Of a DNA stretch of 64,000 nucleotides, positions 37,300-51,266 are shown piece by piece. Source of the stretch: Fimbriosthenelais zetlandica (lineage: Eukaryota). Under the pieces are notes generated by a model, which saw only the letters and a program-made list of their open reading frames with translations, was not told where the DNA came from and ran no database searches. Each line of letters starts with the position of its first letter. Positions within the stretch are counted from its first letter, which is position 1. Position numbers and translations under genes: made by a program. Where the stretch lies: positions 39,804,001 through 39,868,000 of the forward strand of contig OZ365110.1 of the NCBI GenBank assembly GCA_977030845.1, read 5' to 3'.

Positions 37300-38250
37300 G
37301 TAAGTAAATCAAATGTCATCTTCAATTGATTCAATACAGGTACTGCCAAGCACAACACTGACTGTATCTACTCGGAATAAGTAGGCAATAATTATTGCAA
37401 TTGTTGCCAAATTGATTGATTTTCAATATTCGATATTATAATATCAATATCATAGGTACTACCCTACTACGGACATTAATCATGTGCAAGGGTGCAAGTA
37501 TAAAAACTATACAAATATAAGGCCATTTAACCTACCTCTATGTTGATGAAATGCATTTTTTTTTGATAAAAATACATTTATAAAATGTATTAAAATACAT
37601 TGTCTAAGGGTTATAAATGAGTCTGGGACATGTCATGCTATTAGTATGCTGCATCAGGTCTCTGAGAATCACACCTAATGTATAAGACATGTCATCCTAT
37701 ACATTCTAACCTTTATGATATCATGGGGCAGCGAGCGCCAACGGTAGTTTTTAATACACTTTTGTACCAGTGGAATTCTAGCCTGCATCCATTATACGGT
37801 CAGTGAATGACCATAATATACGGGCTCTATTCATGTGGTTCTGTCCACTACTCTTCAAGCCTAGCTTGACCCCCTACAGCTGCCTGACCCCTGACCTCCC
37901 CAGGCCCCACTGACCCATTTCCAGAGTGTAGTTGGGCCCTTTCTTATACTACTAGGCCATGGACCTCACATTAGATCATTGAGGATGTCAATGACCTACA
38001 ATCAAACCCACTGCCTTCCCCCACCCCGACTCCCCGCCACTGCCGTGATGCTGCAAGCTCATATCAAGAATAGAATGGTAAAGGAGAGACGTATGTATTG
38101 ATTGATATGGAATATAATCTGATATTCTTAGTTGAACACACCCCCACTCTAGTGCTGGAACAGGCGTGCGGGGATGGAGTGTTGTATACATTATTGCTGG
38201 CATACATGCCAAGTTACACATGCCCAGAACTCTAAATCCATATATTATAG

Positions 38251-38371
38251 CAGTGACCAGTCCAGAGGGGGTGGGGGCTGCAAGCCACTCCGGAATCTAT
38301 ATTATATATTAGTTTTTACCATTTAAAATCAAAAGATTTCAGTTTAGGGGTCAGACCTGGCTCCGCCCCTA
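38251..38371. mobile_element. MITE of the same CAG(T/G)GGCGGATCCAG family, 5-bp TSD
   Basis: Left CAGTGACCAGTCCAG, right CTGGCTCCGCCCCTA; identical TATAG on both sides (38246-38250 and 38372-38376). Confidence 0.65.
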
Positions 38372-41300
38372 TATAGACTCCAACATATTATAAGCATTAT
38401 TTTTATTTTGCAAATTTAATTTTTTATATGTAAGGTGGTACTTACCTCTACACATGATTCCAGTCGAGCTTATGTCATCAATTATGTAGGTTTACCAAAA
38501 ACATGATGAAAACAAAGGGGATGAAATACGTCAGCTGACTGGTGCATTACTCATCTATGATGACTGCTGCTGGTCTGAAATCATGAAAAATATACTCAAA
38601 ATCTAACATCACGACCGTGGATGATATTACATTACCCATATGCACAGAGTATATTGTTGCTAATGATATTCGATATGGTGTTGATTAATAATATTCATTT
38701 ATTATAATAACTCTAAATAGGCCTACCTACCATATGGATATAATAATACATATTATGAATTACAGACAAAATTCCATGAAATAAGGAACTGAATATTTTA
38801 AACAATGAAATAAGTGACAATTATGAGACAAGGAACAGAACAGTTAAATGAAATCTGTGACAATTACGAAATAAAAAACAGAACAGTTCAATGATAACAG
38901 TGACCACAAACCAAATACGAGTTCATAATAAATGTGCGAATAATGAATCTGATAACTTATCAAAGGTGTTAAAACCATCACCCTAGCATCATAAAAATGA
39001 GTTCTGAGCTATATTTGATACCACTTCAACCCATTCAACGTGGATAAGTGGATTTTACATGTTTGTAGAACCTGTAACATCCATCATATGGCCACTCTCA
39101 GCGTTGACACGAGCACACACATTGAGTGGCGGTTTGTTCTTGCACTTGCAGCAATGGTTGATGTGGTGGTAAGAGATAAGAGATAGAGGTGATTATAACC
39201 TGGTGTAACATATGGTCATGTTGGCCTGGTTTATATGACCCGCCCCCGGGTTACAGAGCATGTCAAAGATGAGTCAGTCACTTCATGGTCATGTTACCTT
39301 CTACCTACCACATCATCTCTACATGTAATCATGGAAAATTGAAGTAAGTTATATTGGTAGGCTAAGTAAGATGAATACAAAATCTAACGTTCAAATACAT
39401 ACATATAATGCCATTGGTCACCACTACATTTTATACAAGTCATCTGTAAGGATGTGCCCCTCCCCCCGCCCCAGCCCCACAAAAACAAAATTGTAAGAGT
39501 CAAGAAAAACAAACTTTGAACATTTTGAACAGCATACACACAACAAACATCACAGTATATACAACCAGGATTTGTTCAGCCCCAGTGATGGTCACACGAG
39601 TGAGAATCCACTCTATTCTAAGACTATATATAAATAGTTGTATACCTTAATTCCTCGAAATAGATACCAAACCTTTAAATTCAAATACGCCTAATCTAAC
39701 CTTATCTGACAGCCAAAGTGATCGCTTTTGTTAGGCCTATGCAAAGGAATAGTTGAAATCAGGAATATATGGGTAACAATGTATCGATCAAATCTATATC
39801 CATCAAACCTATGAAAATTGTTCATTATAACATACAATGATACATTGCCTGTGTATTTATTTTCTATTGTCTAATTTAGCCATTGATTAGTCATTGACCA
39901 GCAGTTTTGTCCCGGGCTGTTCCCGCACACTCTGAGTGGAATTCTGAGCGTGGAGTGCCAGACGTGCTGGAGTATAGGAGTGATATTGGGCCTAATGAAA
40001 GTCATTAATCTCCACACCCTCCCCCCAACTACCCCATACCTCACTCCTCCCGAGCTGCTCATCAACTGCTCATGTGCTTTCAACCAAGCAATTGACTTTG
40101 AATTTATATCTATAGCGGCATGTATAACTATATTATATTTGTATTGATTTGTCCATATTCAAATCTTCATGGATTAGAATATTCCTTGGGTCATTCGGAC
40201 ATTACATAACAGAGATCAGGTGTCATACAAATAACAAGGTATGGTAAACATTGCATTATGCAGAGCTGTGGGGGAGGGGTGCCAATATTGGTGAAAAATG
40301 TAACATGTGTTTAATGGACCCTTATCCCCCAATTTGCTATTTTCTCTCAATCGTAAGTTTATATTTTGGACTCAGATAGGTGAAATTTGTTCAACCAATT
40401 TATTGACCATTTCAGGCTACATGTTTGTTACCTAGTATCCCTCAGGTCAATGGTGACGTAACTATACATTTGATTGGTGTACAAGTACTTGAAAATAACC
40501 CTATCGAGATAGATTACATAAAGTTTGGTATTATCTAAAATAAAGCCTCGTGTCCTGAGCCAACACCAACTGAGCCATTGGTATTATGAGTATAAGTATT
40601 GTGTAATGTGTCCACAAGTTGATTACTCAATGTTGCTTGTTCTGTAGACATATCATGCGTTCACTAGGTCAGAATGTACCCTTGCGCGACCTTTACCACA
40701 CCATGGAGGGGAATAATGGAAGAGTATATACACTGGAGTGTGCCTCTATTTTCCCTGGGATATAGTATAGGTATAGAAGTTGGCGGGGAACTTATTACCC
40801 TGCGACCTCCTCCAACTCCTCCCTACATACCTTACATAACTCATGGATACAAACTCAATACCCTTCTCTCCCCCGACCCTGGGCGGGGAGGTCTATATAC
40901 CCATGATATATTACCCCGAGTATATCTTTAGAAAAGTTCCACCTACTCCTGTGGACTATAGAAAGAACCAGTGTTGGGTATTGTGTTAAATATATTCTGG
41001 TACAAGAAGTACGGTATAGGTTCAGAGGGCTGGCAGCCGAGGTTGAAAAGGACAGTGGCAACAAGCCCGGGCTAATATGTCATTGAAACTTTCCAGTAAC
41101 CTGAACTTTCCACTGACCTATACCCCGCCCCTTGCTATATCAGTTGATGGAATGCTTGTAAAAACAAGTAATTGATGGTTCCTGCCTTCCATTCCATAAT
41201 AACTGTAAAAGACTTTTTTGACATATAGGGCAAAATGATGGATTCTAAATCCACTCACACACGTGGAGGTGAGGGGAAAAAATTTAAAAGGCAGAACCGT

Positions 41301-44300
41301 GTTAGGTGACGGAACAGATGTTATAGATAGGATGGCTCTCTGATATATATGTCTTGAAGTTACAGATTCAGAGCGTGTTCCAATAACAATACGATGCGTC
41401 ACCCTTTTGGCAGCGAGAGAAATCCAAGTTGTCCTCGCCCTGGGAAAATAGCTCATTACAACGTGTGAGGTTGAGAAACATATATTTTACTTTCAATTAA
41501 AACCTGGCTTCTGTTCAAAATCGGGCGTTTGCTACTCGAAATGAACATCCACAAGTCAATTTGTGGTTGATGTGTGAATGCAATAATGAACATGGTTGGG
41601 TTAACCGTTTATGTATTTGATAGTGGAAAATGGTATTGTTGTCGCTCGGATATGACAGTGACATCACCTTTGACATGGGATATCACTGACCTGTGACATT
41701 ATTGTCATGTTCCAACCACAATATACACTCGTGATGTATGGGTTGATCAACTCAAAACCACATAAGTGAATGGGTGTATATTTCATATTAAACGTTCAAC
41801 CGGCATTGTATTCAGCTATATCCGGACGAGAGGGAAAACACGCTGCCGGCGTGTAATTTCCTCAATAGACATAAAACCATATCAACAGTTTCTAAAATAA
41901 GTTATGGAAAAGGGAAAAAATCCCACACTCAACCCTATTTTTAGATACGGTTGCTGACGTATATGTGGTTTCCTTGACTGACATACAACCACTTAAATGT
42001 GGCAATATATAAATTTGAATATTATATGGGAATTAATCTTGACTCAAACATGGCAGATAATAGACACTAATTGATACAGGGACTCTAAGTGGTAAAGAGG
42101 AACAAAAATCACCCCTGCTGAAAAAAATATCACAAGCTAGCGATGATAAGATTGTTTTTGGCTTCTTCCCCTCCACCCCTGAGCTCCTCTGAGTGCCTCA
42201 AGCTTGTCCCCATCTGGAAATGATAAGACACTTCCACAAGTAACCCCATTCCCAGGGCCTAGTAAGTACACCTTGTTTTTACATATGAATATGTCAAATC
42301 TTTGTCAGATAAGCTGGTAGGAGTTACATTGGATCTGGGAAGTGGGAGGGAGAGGCACTTTGAAAATGGTACGCTTTCCACCACTCGGCACATCCCAGCA
42401 AGGGGTTCTTATAAATTAGATATTTTTCCCCCTTGCAAAGATATGAACATTGCTGAAATTTCCTGTCGTTTTTCCCTATAGTTCATCTAATACTTATCCC
42501 ATTTCAAAGGTGGATTGACACTTTTTGTCCTGCTTAAAAATCCAATCCCAATATTATCTTTCAAGCTGTCCCCCTGATTTCGGGATTGATTTTACACATA
42601 GAGGTGACTTTATTCAGTGACAGGTGACTCATGAAATGAAAATATAACTTTTGTGCCTTTTGAGAGTGGAGCACAATTGGAAGTTGCTCCCCCTCTGCCT
42701 CTGGGCTGTTGACACAGCTACCTCTGCGGCCTTCTGTGTTGTTATGAGGTTACGTCTTATCAGTGGTGAGTTACAGGCCTGTGTAGGCGTTACCCACTCA
42801 CCGAGACATCTTCACGATGAATCCATGTCACTCTTACTACGCTTCAACATTCCTCATCTTTCATCTAAATCTTTTAAGTTTGAGATCAACGTCCCAACTG
42901 TCTCTCCATCTATTTCAGTGGGTTTTGCATCTCCCATTGACTTGGGGGTTGTCCATTGTGAAAAGTAGATTAATTATTTTGGGTAGCCTAATTGGGGGTA
43001 AAATTGAGTTTTCAGAATAATTTGTGTCTGGCGAAATAAAAATTTGAGTCTAAATTGGTTGGGGCATGGTCCTATGACCCAGGTCTTTCAGGAAAATGTT
43101 TTCCTTTCAATTTTTGAAATTGGTTATACCCCCTCGTTACAGGGGGTTCAGGCAATGCATTTTGCAATCCTTGCCAAGATCCTTGCCTAGACCTTAGTAT
43201 TACTATGGCAGGACATCTGCTAAATAGACTCAGCTTTACTTAAATGGAACAAGGCCGTAGGGATACATTTTGCCTAATGGAATGCTAATCGTTTGGATAT
43301 TGTCTGTAATGTTCGCCTGCTTTGTATCTCCAGTACTGAGGCCACACACACGAGCCATAAATATTACAAGCACTTATTCAATGGTCGACCCAGTACAAAT
43401 GCTCCTATATATTACCTACTCCATTTTATAATATAGGACTGGGATGTCTCTTACGAAGATTAGGGGCACTGAAATTAATAGTAGGAATTACAGAAGTGGC
43501 ATTATAGCTCTTCTTATTCTACTCACATTCTTTATGATGACCAACGTTTTTTAATTTGGGCCATAACATTTGATGTTTTCATATGTGTTACAGCTAGGAA
43601 ACATGAATTTTATAATTTAATATTGCAGGAAGTATGAGTAAAATGATCAGTGATGAACTTGAATAGAATCTGAAGTGGAACATAATGTTAATTCACTTCA
43701 AGTTGACCCAGGCTGTCGAGGCTCCATTGATTAATACCTATACATTTGTCCGGTTAATGCAATGTGTTAGCCTAGAAGTGGATGCAGCTGACGCTTCAAT
43801 ACAGCAGTTACAGCTGCTACACTTGTGTTACATAACCCGATCAGCTTCAGCATTGACTATGGGCAGTCAGTCCTGCAGTATGCAATGCAAGAATGGCTTA
43901 AGAGCTCATGCCGGGTCATAGCATTGTATATTAGACTGGGATTTCAGCCTAATATTGCTGTATTATAGGAAGGTAAATAGCCTCAATAGGAATGTGGTTA
44001 TACTGGTATAGAGAATATGACTAAAGCTAACCCCCCTGGGCGAGGAATGCCAAATGGAAAATCCCAGACCTGCGGCTATTGATCTGTCCCCAGAGTGAAT
44101 GAAGGGAGGAGGCTGTAGAACCAGAACTATATATGAAAATAACACAAGGTTTTTTCACTTGGTTTAAACACACACAAACGAATGAATACAGACAAACCTA
44201 ACTACATGTATTCCTATCCTACCCTACCTTTCCCTGTCATTAGATATATTCTTCTCTCTGATCTGCCGATAACAGTCACAGAAATTGAGATATGAATGTA

Positions 44301-46829
44301 CAAACCCGAGATGTTTTTTCTCCCATTATGTGCCTTAATATATAAAACCCATCTCTGTTGAACTTTGTCATCCCCTACTTTTCCTTCATATATAAAGGAC
44401 ACTCAACCCCCCCATTTATACCTTATTTAAAGCTTACATCTACACATACTATAACTATAGAGGAAGGTCCTTGTGAAGATCTTACCTCAAAGACACATAA
44501 AAGGGGAGGCGTGAGGCAAGATAAATACTAATGCCCTTCAGTGGGTGCTCTAAAAAAGAAAAGCACACTTTCACAAGGCCATGTATTTACGTGGATATAT
44601 TATTCCCAATAAAAATATATTTACTTATATGGGCAGATTCCTCTATATATGAAGCTGCTCCAGTGACCTGCATAATCTATTTTGGTGGGCATTATATTGA
44701 AGGTCCCAGAGTTTCCATAACTCCTGTGAAGCATGTAATTTGGGGCCTCGACCCTTTTGTGTATATCATCAAGGGTCCCATATAGGGGTTCATAAAGTGG
44801 AAAGGTTATTCCACATGGCATGACCAGTGTGGACTTCCGAAGCCCATTAGGATACATTGCGTTTACATTACTATCTAATCAAAGCCTGGGGGACTGGGCT
44901 GTGAGGGATCGATACTACATGCACTGGCTGTGTATAAGGCACGTTTATGCATCCAGATATTTGCTAGTGTCTATTAAGGCCAATCTCCACAATCCCGATT
45001 TTGGTCAAATTGGGATTGGACTTCAATCGTGGCCCCTCCTCATTTGTATCGGTCGTGTACAGATTGAAATTCGGGGAAGATTCGACACAGGTTTGCATGT
45101 AATGAGCAGTCCGATTTGGATCCGATTTTAGAGTGGTACCTCTAGATCGGACTGATAAAAAGTGGGACTGAGGAGTTTGCCAGTTATGTTCGGAACACAC
45201 AAGACATTTGTCTCATCTGACCATGATTTAAGTTTGTCATTGGGTACCTGTACCTTGGTGTAACCCTCTACTAAAACTCCAAGCATTAGATTTGAAAAGA
45301 AATTGAAAATTCAATGATCGCCATACAGTCAGCCACGTGTGACCTGACCATTAGAGAGATGAGCTGTATGTGGTCTGTGAAATATCACTGGTCATGTGGT
45401 GGTAGGGGTATATTCAATAAAAATCGATTTGTGAACACATCTAACAGTTCTCTCACACAGTGCTATGTGTGATATTGAATTCTGGTTTGGTTATTAACTG
45501 CATGGTGTGTGCTGGCACATCCCTGCCTGCCTGCCTTCCTCAATGGGCTGTACTATAAAGCTTTAGTGCTGAGTCATCATAAAAGCATTAAATCCCAATC
45601 ATTTCTCCCACTGTCAACAGAGAATTAGGCAAATTACATCTAATTTTGTGGATCAATATTTGTAAATCTCAACTAAATGAGGATGGTTTATTTTACCTTA
45701 TATTTATGTAAAAACCCCGAGACCTGTGCGAAGGAAAGTTCATGACCCCTGGGCTGATTTTGTCTGAGATATAGGGCTTGAAAATTGACATGGTTTAAGA
45801 AATATAATGCCCAAATGTCCTATGACTTTAATAGGGTAATAATGAATAAACTAGGACAGGGGTATAAGCGGGGGTGCAACAACCTCTGAATTATGGAGAA
45901 GAGAGGGCAGTGATATCAGATTGCAGGTAAACATGCAATCATGCAATCTCATCATTGCAATTAAAACAAAGATGATCCTCGTCTGTTGCACTGCATGATA
46001 CGGTTATCAAACCTGCACTGGAGTTATTCTGAAAACCTAATAAGTGAATAGTTTAGAGAATGTTTAGGGAATTTGAGAATGGCCTAAGCGTTCAAGCAGA
46101 ACATGTTTTGCAGAAGCTTTTTAACCGTTTTTCTGATGCAAGCTTTAAATTGTTATCGGCCATTGAAGCCGGGCGTTTAAAGCAGTCATTATTTTCCAGC
46201 TGGGAGGCTTGTAAAGAAGTACCTTTCTGCCTCACCCCATGGCCTCCTTTCTCTTCATGCCTCCCCGGATTGTACCCTTCATACAGGTGTGAGAGGGTGG
46301 AGGAGGGGGGAGGGGTGAGGGGTATATTGTTACCAGCACACACCTGGGAGCAGGCGGTAAACATAAAGAGATCTCTAGGTTTCCTTTGTGGAGTATGGAT
46401 CCAAAGATTGACTCCCAATGGAAGCAGACAGAGGCAGAGTCAGGTTGGACGGATGTTATGAGTAGGGATCAGTTTAAAATATCATTTATCTTCTGTTTGT
46501 TAAATTCTGAACATTCCCCGCGTGAATAACTTATACAATGGTATCGTATACCTGATAGGGGCATAACATTGGAATGAAATGATATTTTTTACTCTTTTTT
46601 TAAATAATCACATTTAATGGAAAGTATATCCATGTGTTCATTATAAAAATATTTGAGTAATTCTCTTATGCCGTTATGTGATCAGATTATCAAAAATAAA
46701 TTGAGTTTTGGAAATATGCGGGTATATTAGAAAGTATGACAGAATGATATGATAGTGCAATATGGAATTAAGTATGCCAGTGTATTATACCATTCATATA
46801 ATAATTATTATACCTGTATCATTATTACT

Positions 46830-47056
46830 GGAGACGCGTCTCTAGGCTTAAAAACCTGAGATGAGGTGAGGTGCTCTGTCTGGCGGAAGTACCTATTGAC
46901 CTGCGCAGGCGCAGACGAGCTGATTGTTGGTGATGGGCGGTGTTCACACCAGAGGGAGAGACAGGGAGGGGGTGGGGGGGGGGGGCTTCAGGTGAAAGTA
47001 TAGTCAGGCAAATCTATCGATCTAATCACAGGTAAACACGTATAGACAGGTGCACT
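46830..47056 (+). promoter_or_regulatory. Housekeeping-type promoter-like element (ETS + NRF1 + GC-box motifs)
   Basis: GCGGAAGT at 46883-46890, TGCGCAGGCGCA (NRF1 consensus) at 46902-46913, GGGCGG near 46935, palindrome GAGACGCGTCTC near 46831, donor-like CAG|GTGAAA (46991) and CAG|GTAAAC (about 47051). Orientation uncertain. Confidence 0.45.
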
Positions 47057-50000
47057 GTTGTGCTGAATAAGGGGAGTAGTGACTAAAGTCAGTGCCAGAC
47101 GATTTATGGCCGAGTCCGCCTTATGCCTTACCCCCAGTACATCAGTCCTTGTATATGGTCTTTCTGGATCTTCAATCGATAATGACTCAAATATAAAAAT
47201 CAGTCCCCAAAGAAAGGTTTTAAAACTGATATGATCAAAGATTTGTAAAGGTAGTCTGATAGTGAGCCAGGGCTATTATCCCAGGCACAAAGAGTGTCGG
47301 CAAGTCTTCATCTCCTCTCAAGTCCTTCCTTATTCTGACAGATCATTCCATTCGCTCCCATCTATCTTCAGCTTTCTTTAAATCTTCCAGTAAGATGATA
47401 ATGGGTAAGGATGATCTAATGCATCAAATCCTCCATTTTTAACATGCTCCTTTCAAATTGGAATCTTTAATGGAGAGAGCGTTAAGAGCGTTAGTAGTGA
47501 CAACAGACAGTGTTGTTGTTAATGGGCTCAACCCAGTTGAGATTGCCTCGCGATTCTTGCAACAATTCACTACTATTTTCTTGCGATACTTGCTGCTATA
47601 GTTGATGCTATTATAGGCCAGCTCCACTTGGGTTTTGACTGCTTGCAACCCTGTGGTTATTCCGCCATTTCTACAGCAAAGCAGGGATCTACCGCATGTC
47701 GCAGGAAGAAACTTCAGGTGCAATTAAAAATTACCAGAATTGCAATGAAAAACTCTGATATGAAGAGAAGATCCTGGAATGAATTTGCCTTGGGATATTA
47801 AGCATGGAGCTAGCTAGAGACGATCAGACGAGCCACTGTCTGGATCACAGACCGCGAGACATAAATCAATGTTTGCTCTCTATAGAGTTACGCACTTTTT
47901 TCTTACCTTTCAATATAAAACCTACTCCAAAGCTGTCACACCAACAGTGAGATGTCCAATACCAGCGACAAGTGTTTCACTCTAACGTGCTTGTTTTGAA
48001 TGACAATTGATTGCAGCTGGATCCAACATACTTGTACTTTTACACAGTCGTCTGAATTCAATTTGTCAAATGAAGCTCGTGACAATCAGTTTTAACACTT
48101 GCAATCAACACGCTCTCGGTTTATGATTAAAACAATGAACAACTTGCAAGATTAATGTGGCAATGCAAATTTGCTTCCAATGTTCATTTTTGTTTTGGAA
48201 GGAGCGTCTACAAAATGATCAACGGGGAAACATTGAACTAAAACATGAATTTAAGAGATTTGTGTGAAATGCCTTAAGGCTTATACTAGTTGTTAGGTTT
48301 GTGTACCCGATCTGAACCCGTCTATTCACTAAGAAAATACAACCCTGTTGAGGATCAGCAATAGTATTAGCCAGCTACTAGCTACCAGCTCCGTGCTGAA
48401 CCGAACATTTAAATTGGCTGAGTTTACAAAAGGCCCAAGTCACGTCCTGTGAAGAACGGGAGTTCAAACAGCGAGTGGTAAAGAGAGTCTTTTGATTAGC
48501 AGTTGTAAAGTCGAGGGCCATGGCCTCGGGAGCTTCACAAAGGTCATGTACCTCGGGATCCAAAAGCTCAGCCGGAGGTCCTAAACGCTCGAGTCTGGTC
48601 AACAGGCTGGCTTAATTTATTCCATGGAAGATTTTGTTTGCAATCTACCTACCAGTGCATAACGTAATATATTTGGATTCTTTAGCTGCTAAATGGTCAA
48701 AATCTTTTATGTAACACCTATAAATACCTCGGGCTTACTATCTCCCTCCAGGGATCGTTTTAGAAAGAAAATAGAATGTCGCAAAGCCATTTGCCATCTT
48801 CCCACGGTGATTAGAGATCACTGGACTTTCAGCCACAAAAAAGTGGATCCTATACAGAGTCCTAAATTCGTTTTTCTCTAAGTGAAGCCTGTATAAGTTC
48901 TGACCCTCTATTTCCACTTAAAAAATTGCTTATTTAAAGCATTCGTTTTTGTGAAAACATGACTCAATCATTTGATTTTATAAACCTACATGTTTAGAAA
49001 ACAGATCGTATATCCTGTACTTAAATGACATGATATAAGCTAATGGTTTTAGATGACTTGGACTAATAAACTTTTACCTTATGCAAGCACCTAGTTAGAC
49101 TCACAAACCCTCCAGCAATGCTTAATGTTGGAATAATGCTCAATGTTGGGTGACTATATTTAACAGTGTTGGTGCATGTTTCAGTCTGGCGTGAGTCATA
49201 TTGATTCTCCAGTCTAGACATCAGGCATCAGCTCTCATCTTCACCCTCTCTCATCTTGATCATCTAACCCTCGGTGTGGTCCTTGAATATTACATGATCT
49301 TCACACCCTTCTCTATACAATATCTCTCCGTTCATTCACCCTATCTAGCCTATTCTCCCTATACAATATTGACCAGCTCCCAGTGTATTTTCATTCAGTT
49401 TATGAAGGTCTTTTTTCACTGCAGTAGGATCTGTGAGCCACCAGCCACGACTGGAGACTAGAGAATAGCAGCAGCTATTTGTGTGCAGGAGAGTGCTGGG
49501 AGCTTTGTTGCTCTAACTGAAAAGAGCACCATAGGTTTTGTCTGGAGTTCTTTCATATCAGGGCTTCAATATATTCAATGGCATTTCAGTATGCTTTGCT
49601 GGTCTTTGAATCCATTGAGTTAACTTGGATTTTCATAGGTCCTGCACTGGTTCTGGTACGAAGGGAGTGCAACAGTATTAGGCACAGACTCTCAATTTAT
49701 GGGCCAGTTTCACTGTTGTGTTTTTAAAAATGGTATAGTGTAAATGAAAGATATTTCCTACATTCAATCTGTCAAAGTAAAAACATTATTCTTTCATTTC
49801 TTTGCCAGATGATATTTTCCCGAACAAATATGCCTAGGCTATACCTTATTACATGAAAAGGTTATGTTTTAAACATTTCCATGCCAGTTTTTAGTGTGAT
49901 GTCCCCTTTTGTGATGAAGGGCCCTTGGAGGAAAACGGTTTGCACTAGGTCATTAGTCTGGAGCAAACGCTGAATCAGGCTTCACCTCCCTCAAAAAATC

Positions 50001-51249
50001 GATCGTGAGGGGAATTTCCTGGGCCCTGGTGTATAGATGTTGCCTGGCCTGGGCAACAGTTAGATCTCATCTTTAGCTTTCAGTCTAGCTCCAGTGTTTT
50101 CAAGTATGGCAGAAACAACAATATTCAAAAGCTTTATATCTAATATCCTCCGGGTATAGCATGTACGGTTTTATAATCATATAAGCCTAGTCACTTAACC
50201 AAGTTAAATACCAATTTAAGTGTAAAATTGCTAAATTTAGTATAATTCAATTGTAAATACAGTATCACCCTTGGGACTGATTAAAAGTGGTCTCTATAGG
50301 GAAGTCCTTCCGGGAGGTAATTTACATACTGAAATGAAAATATCACCAGACAAACACATTCGTCTAAGGGGAGTGATGGTCTGGGGTATGCGGTCGGACT
50401 GTGGGAACTGTAATTGTGCTAAAATGGTTTACATTTAATCCTTCGGGTCTCTGGATGGTTAATAATCCCATGTAAACGTGGCATCTAATATTCAGGCTTT
50501 TTCCAGCCAATCTGCCACGAGTGCAGGGAGTGCATGGATGAATGATGAACCATACATAGGGAGAATGATACACAGTATCAAAGCCTCGGAGAGTCAGTAC
50601 AAGGTTGAGCTATGACTTTCATTGTAGGATGTCATAGCACATTAGCAAAATATTTATCCCGCCTTCTACTCTAGTACCAAGCTAAAATGATGTGAGCGGC
50701 TACCTTGCTGCTCTTTCAGTAAGGATTTTGATTCATGGCTATCGCTCCAGAACTACAACTTTTTCAGGAGAATCTTTCAGCACGTTGAAGCCAATCTAAA
50801 AATCATTGTATCAAGATCCTATCAATTTCACTTCATTCAATTATTTTCATTGTGAGATTTAATTTAACCGAATCAAAATCTAGTGCTTCCCAGAGATGAT
50901 GAATTTTAGGCATGGTTGATTCATTTGATCTCTTTTTGATCTTAAGTAACAGATTTAAATGAATAAAAGCATTTTAAGTGATTTAATATGGGTGGAAGAT
51001 GACTGAAACATGTCCTGACTGTGCTGTTTAACAGTGGGTTCTATATAATGTTAAAAAAACCCTGGAGGGAAGTACTGGTGTGCTTAATTCACCCATCCTG
51101 GACTCTCACTTATCTAATGTAACATGTTTGGTCTCCCCTGGAATGACAAGTATTTAGAGTAACTCTGGAGTTGTCAGGGACACAGTTTTAAAGCATCATT
51201 CAAAGTGTGGCGTGAAAATTGTTCTCTCCTGCCTCTCCTTCTGTGGAAC

Positions 51250-51266
51250 ATGAACCAGCACTATTG
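51250..51266 (+). CDS. Weak candidate alternative first mini-exon MNQHY(W/C), phase-2 donor
   Basis: AACATGA context; ATG AAC CAG CAC TAT TG|GTAAGG (17 nt). No other support. Confidence 0.2.

Noticed and set aside
46933-46991. ATG-started phase-2 mini-exon MGGVHTRGRDREGVGGGGF
   Set aside because: The frame depends on a long G homopolymer, which is unlikely in coding sequence and prone to length error.
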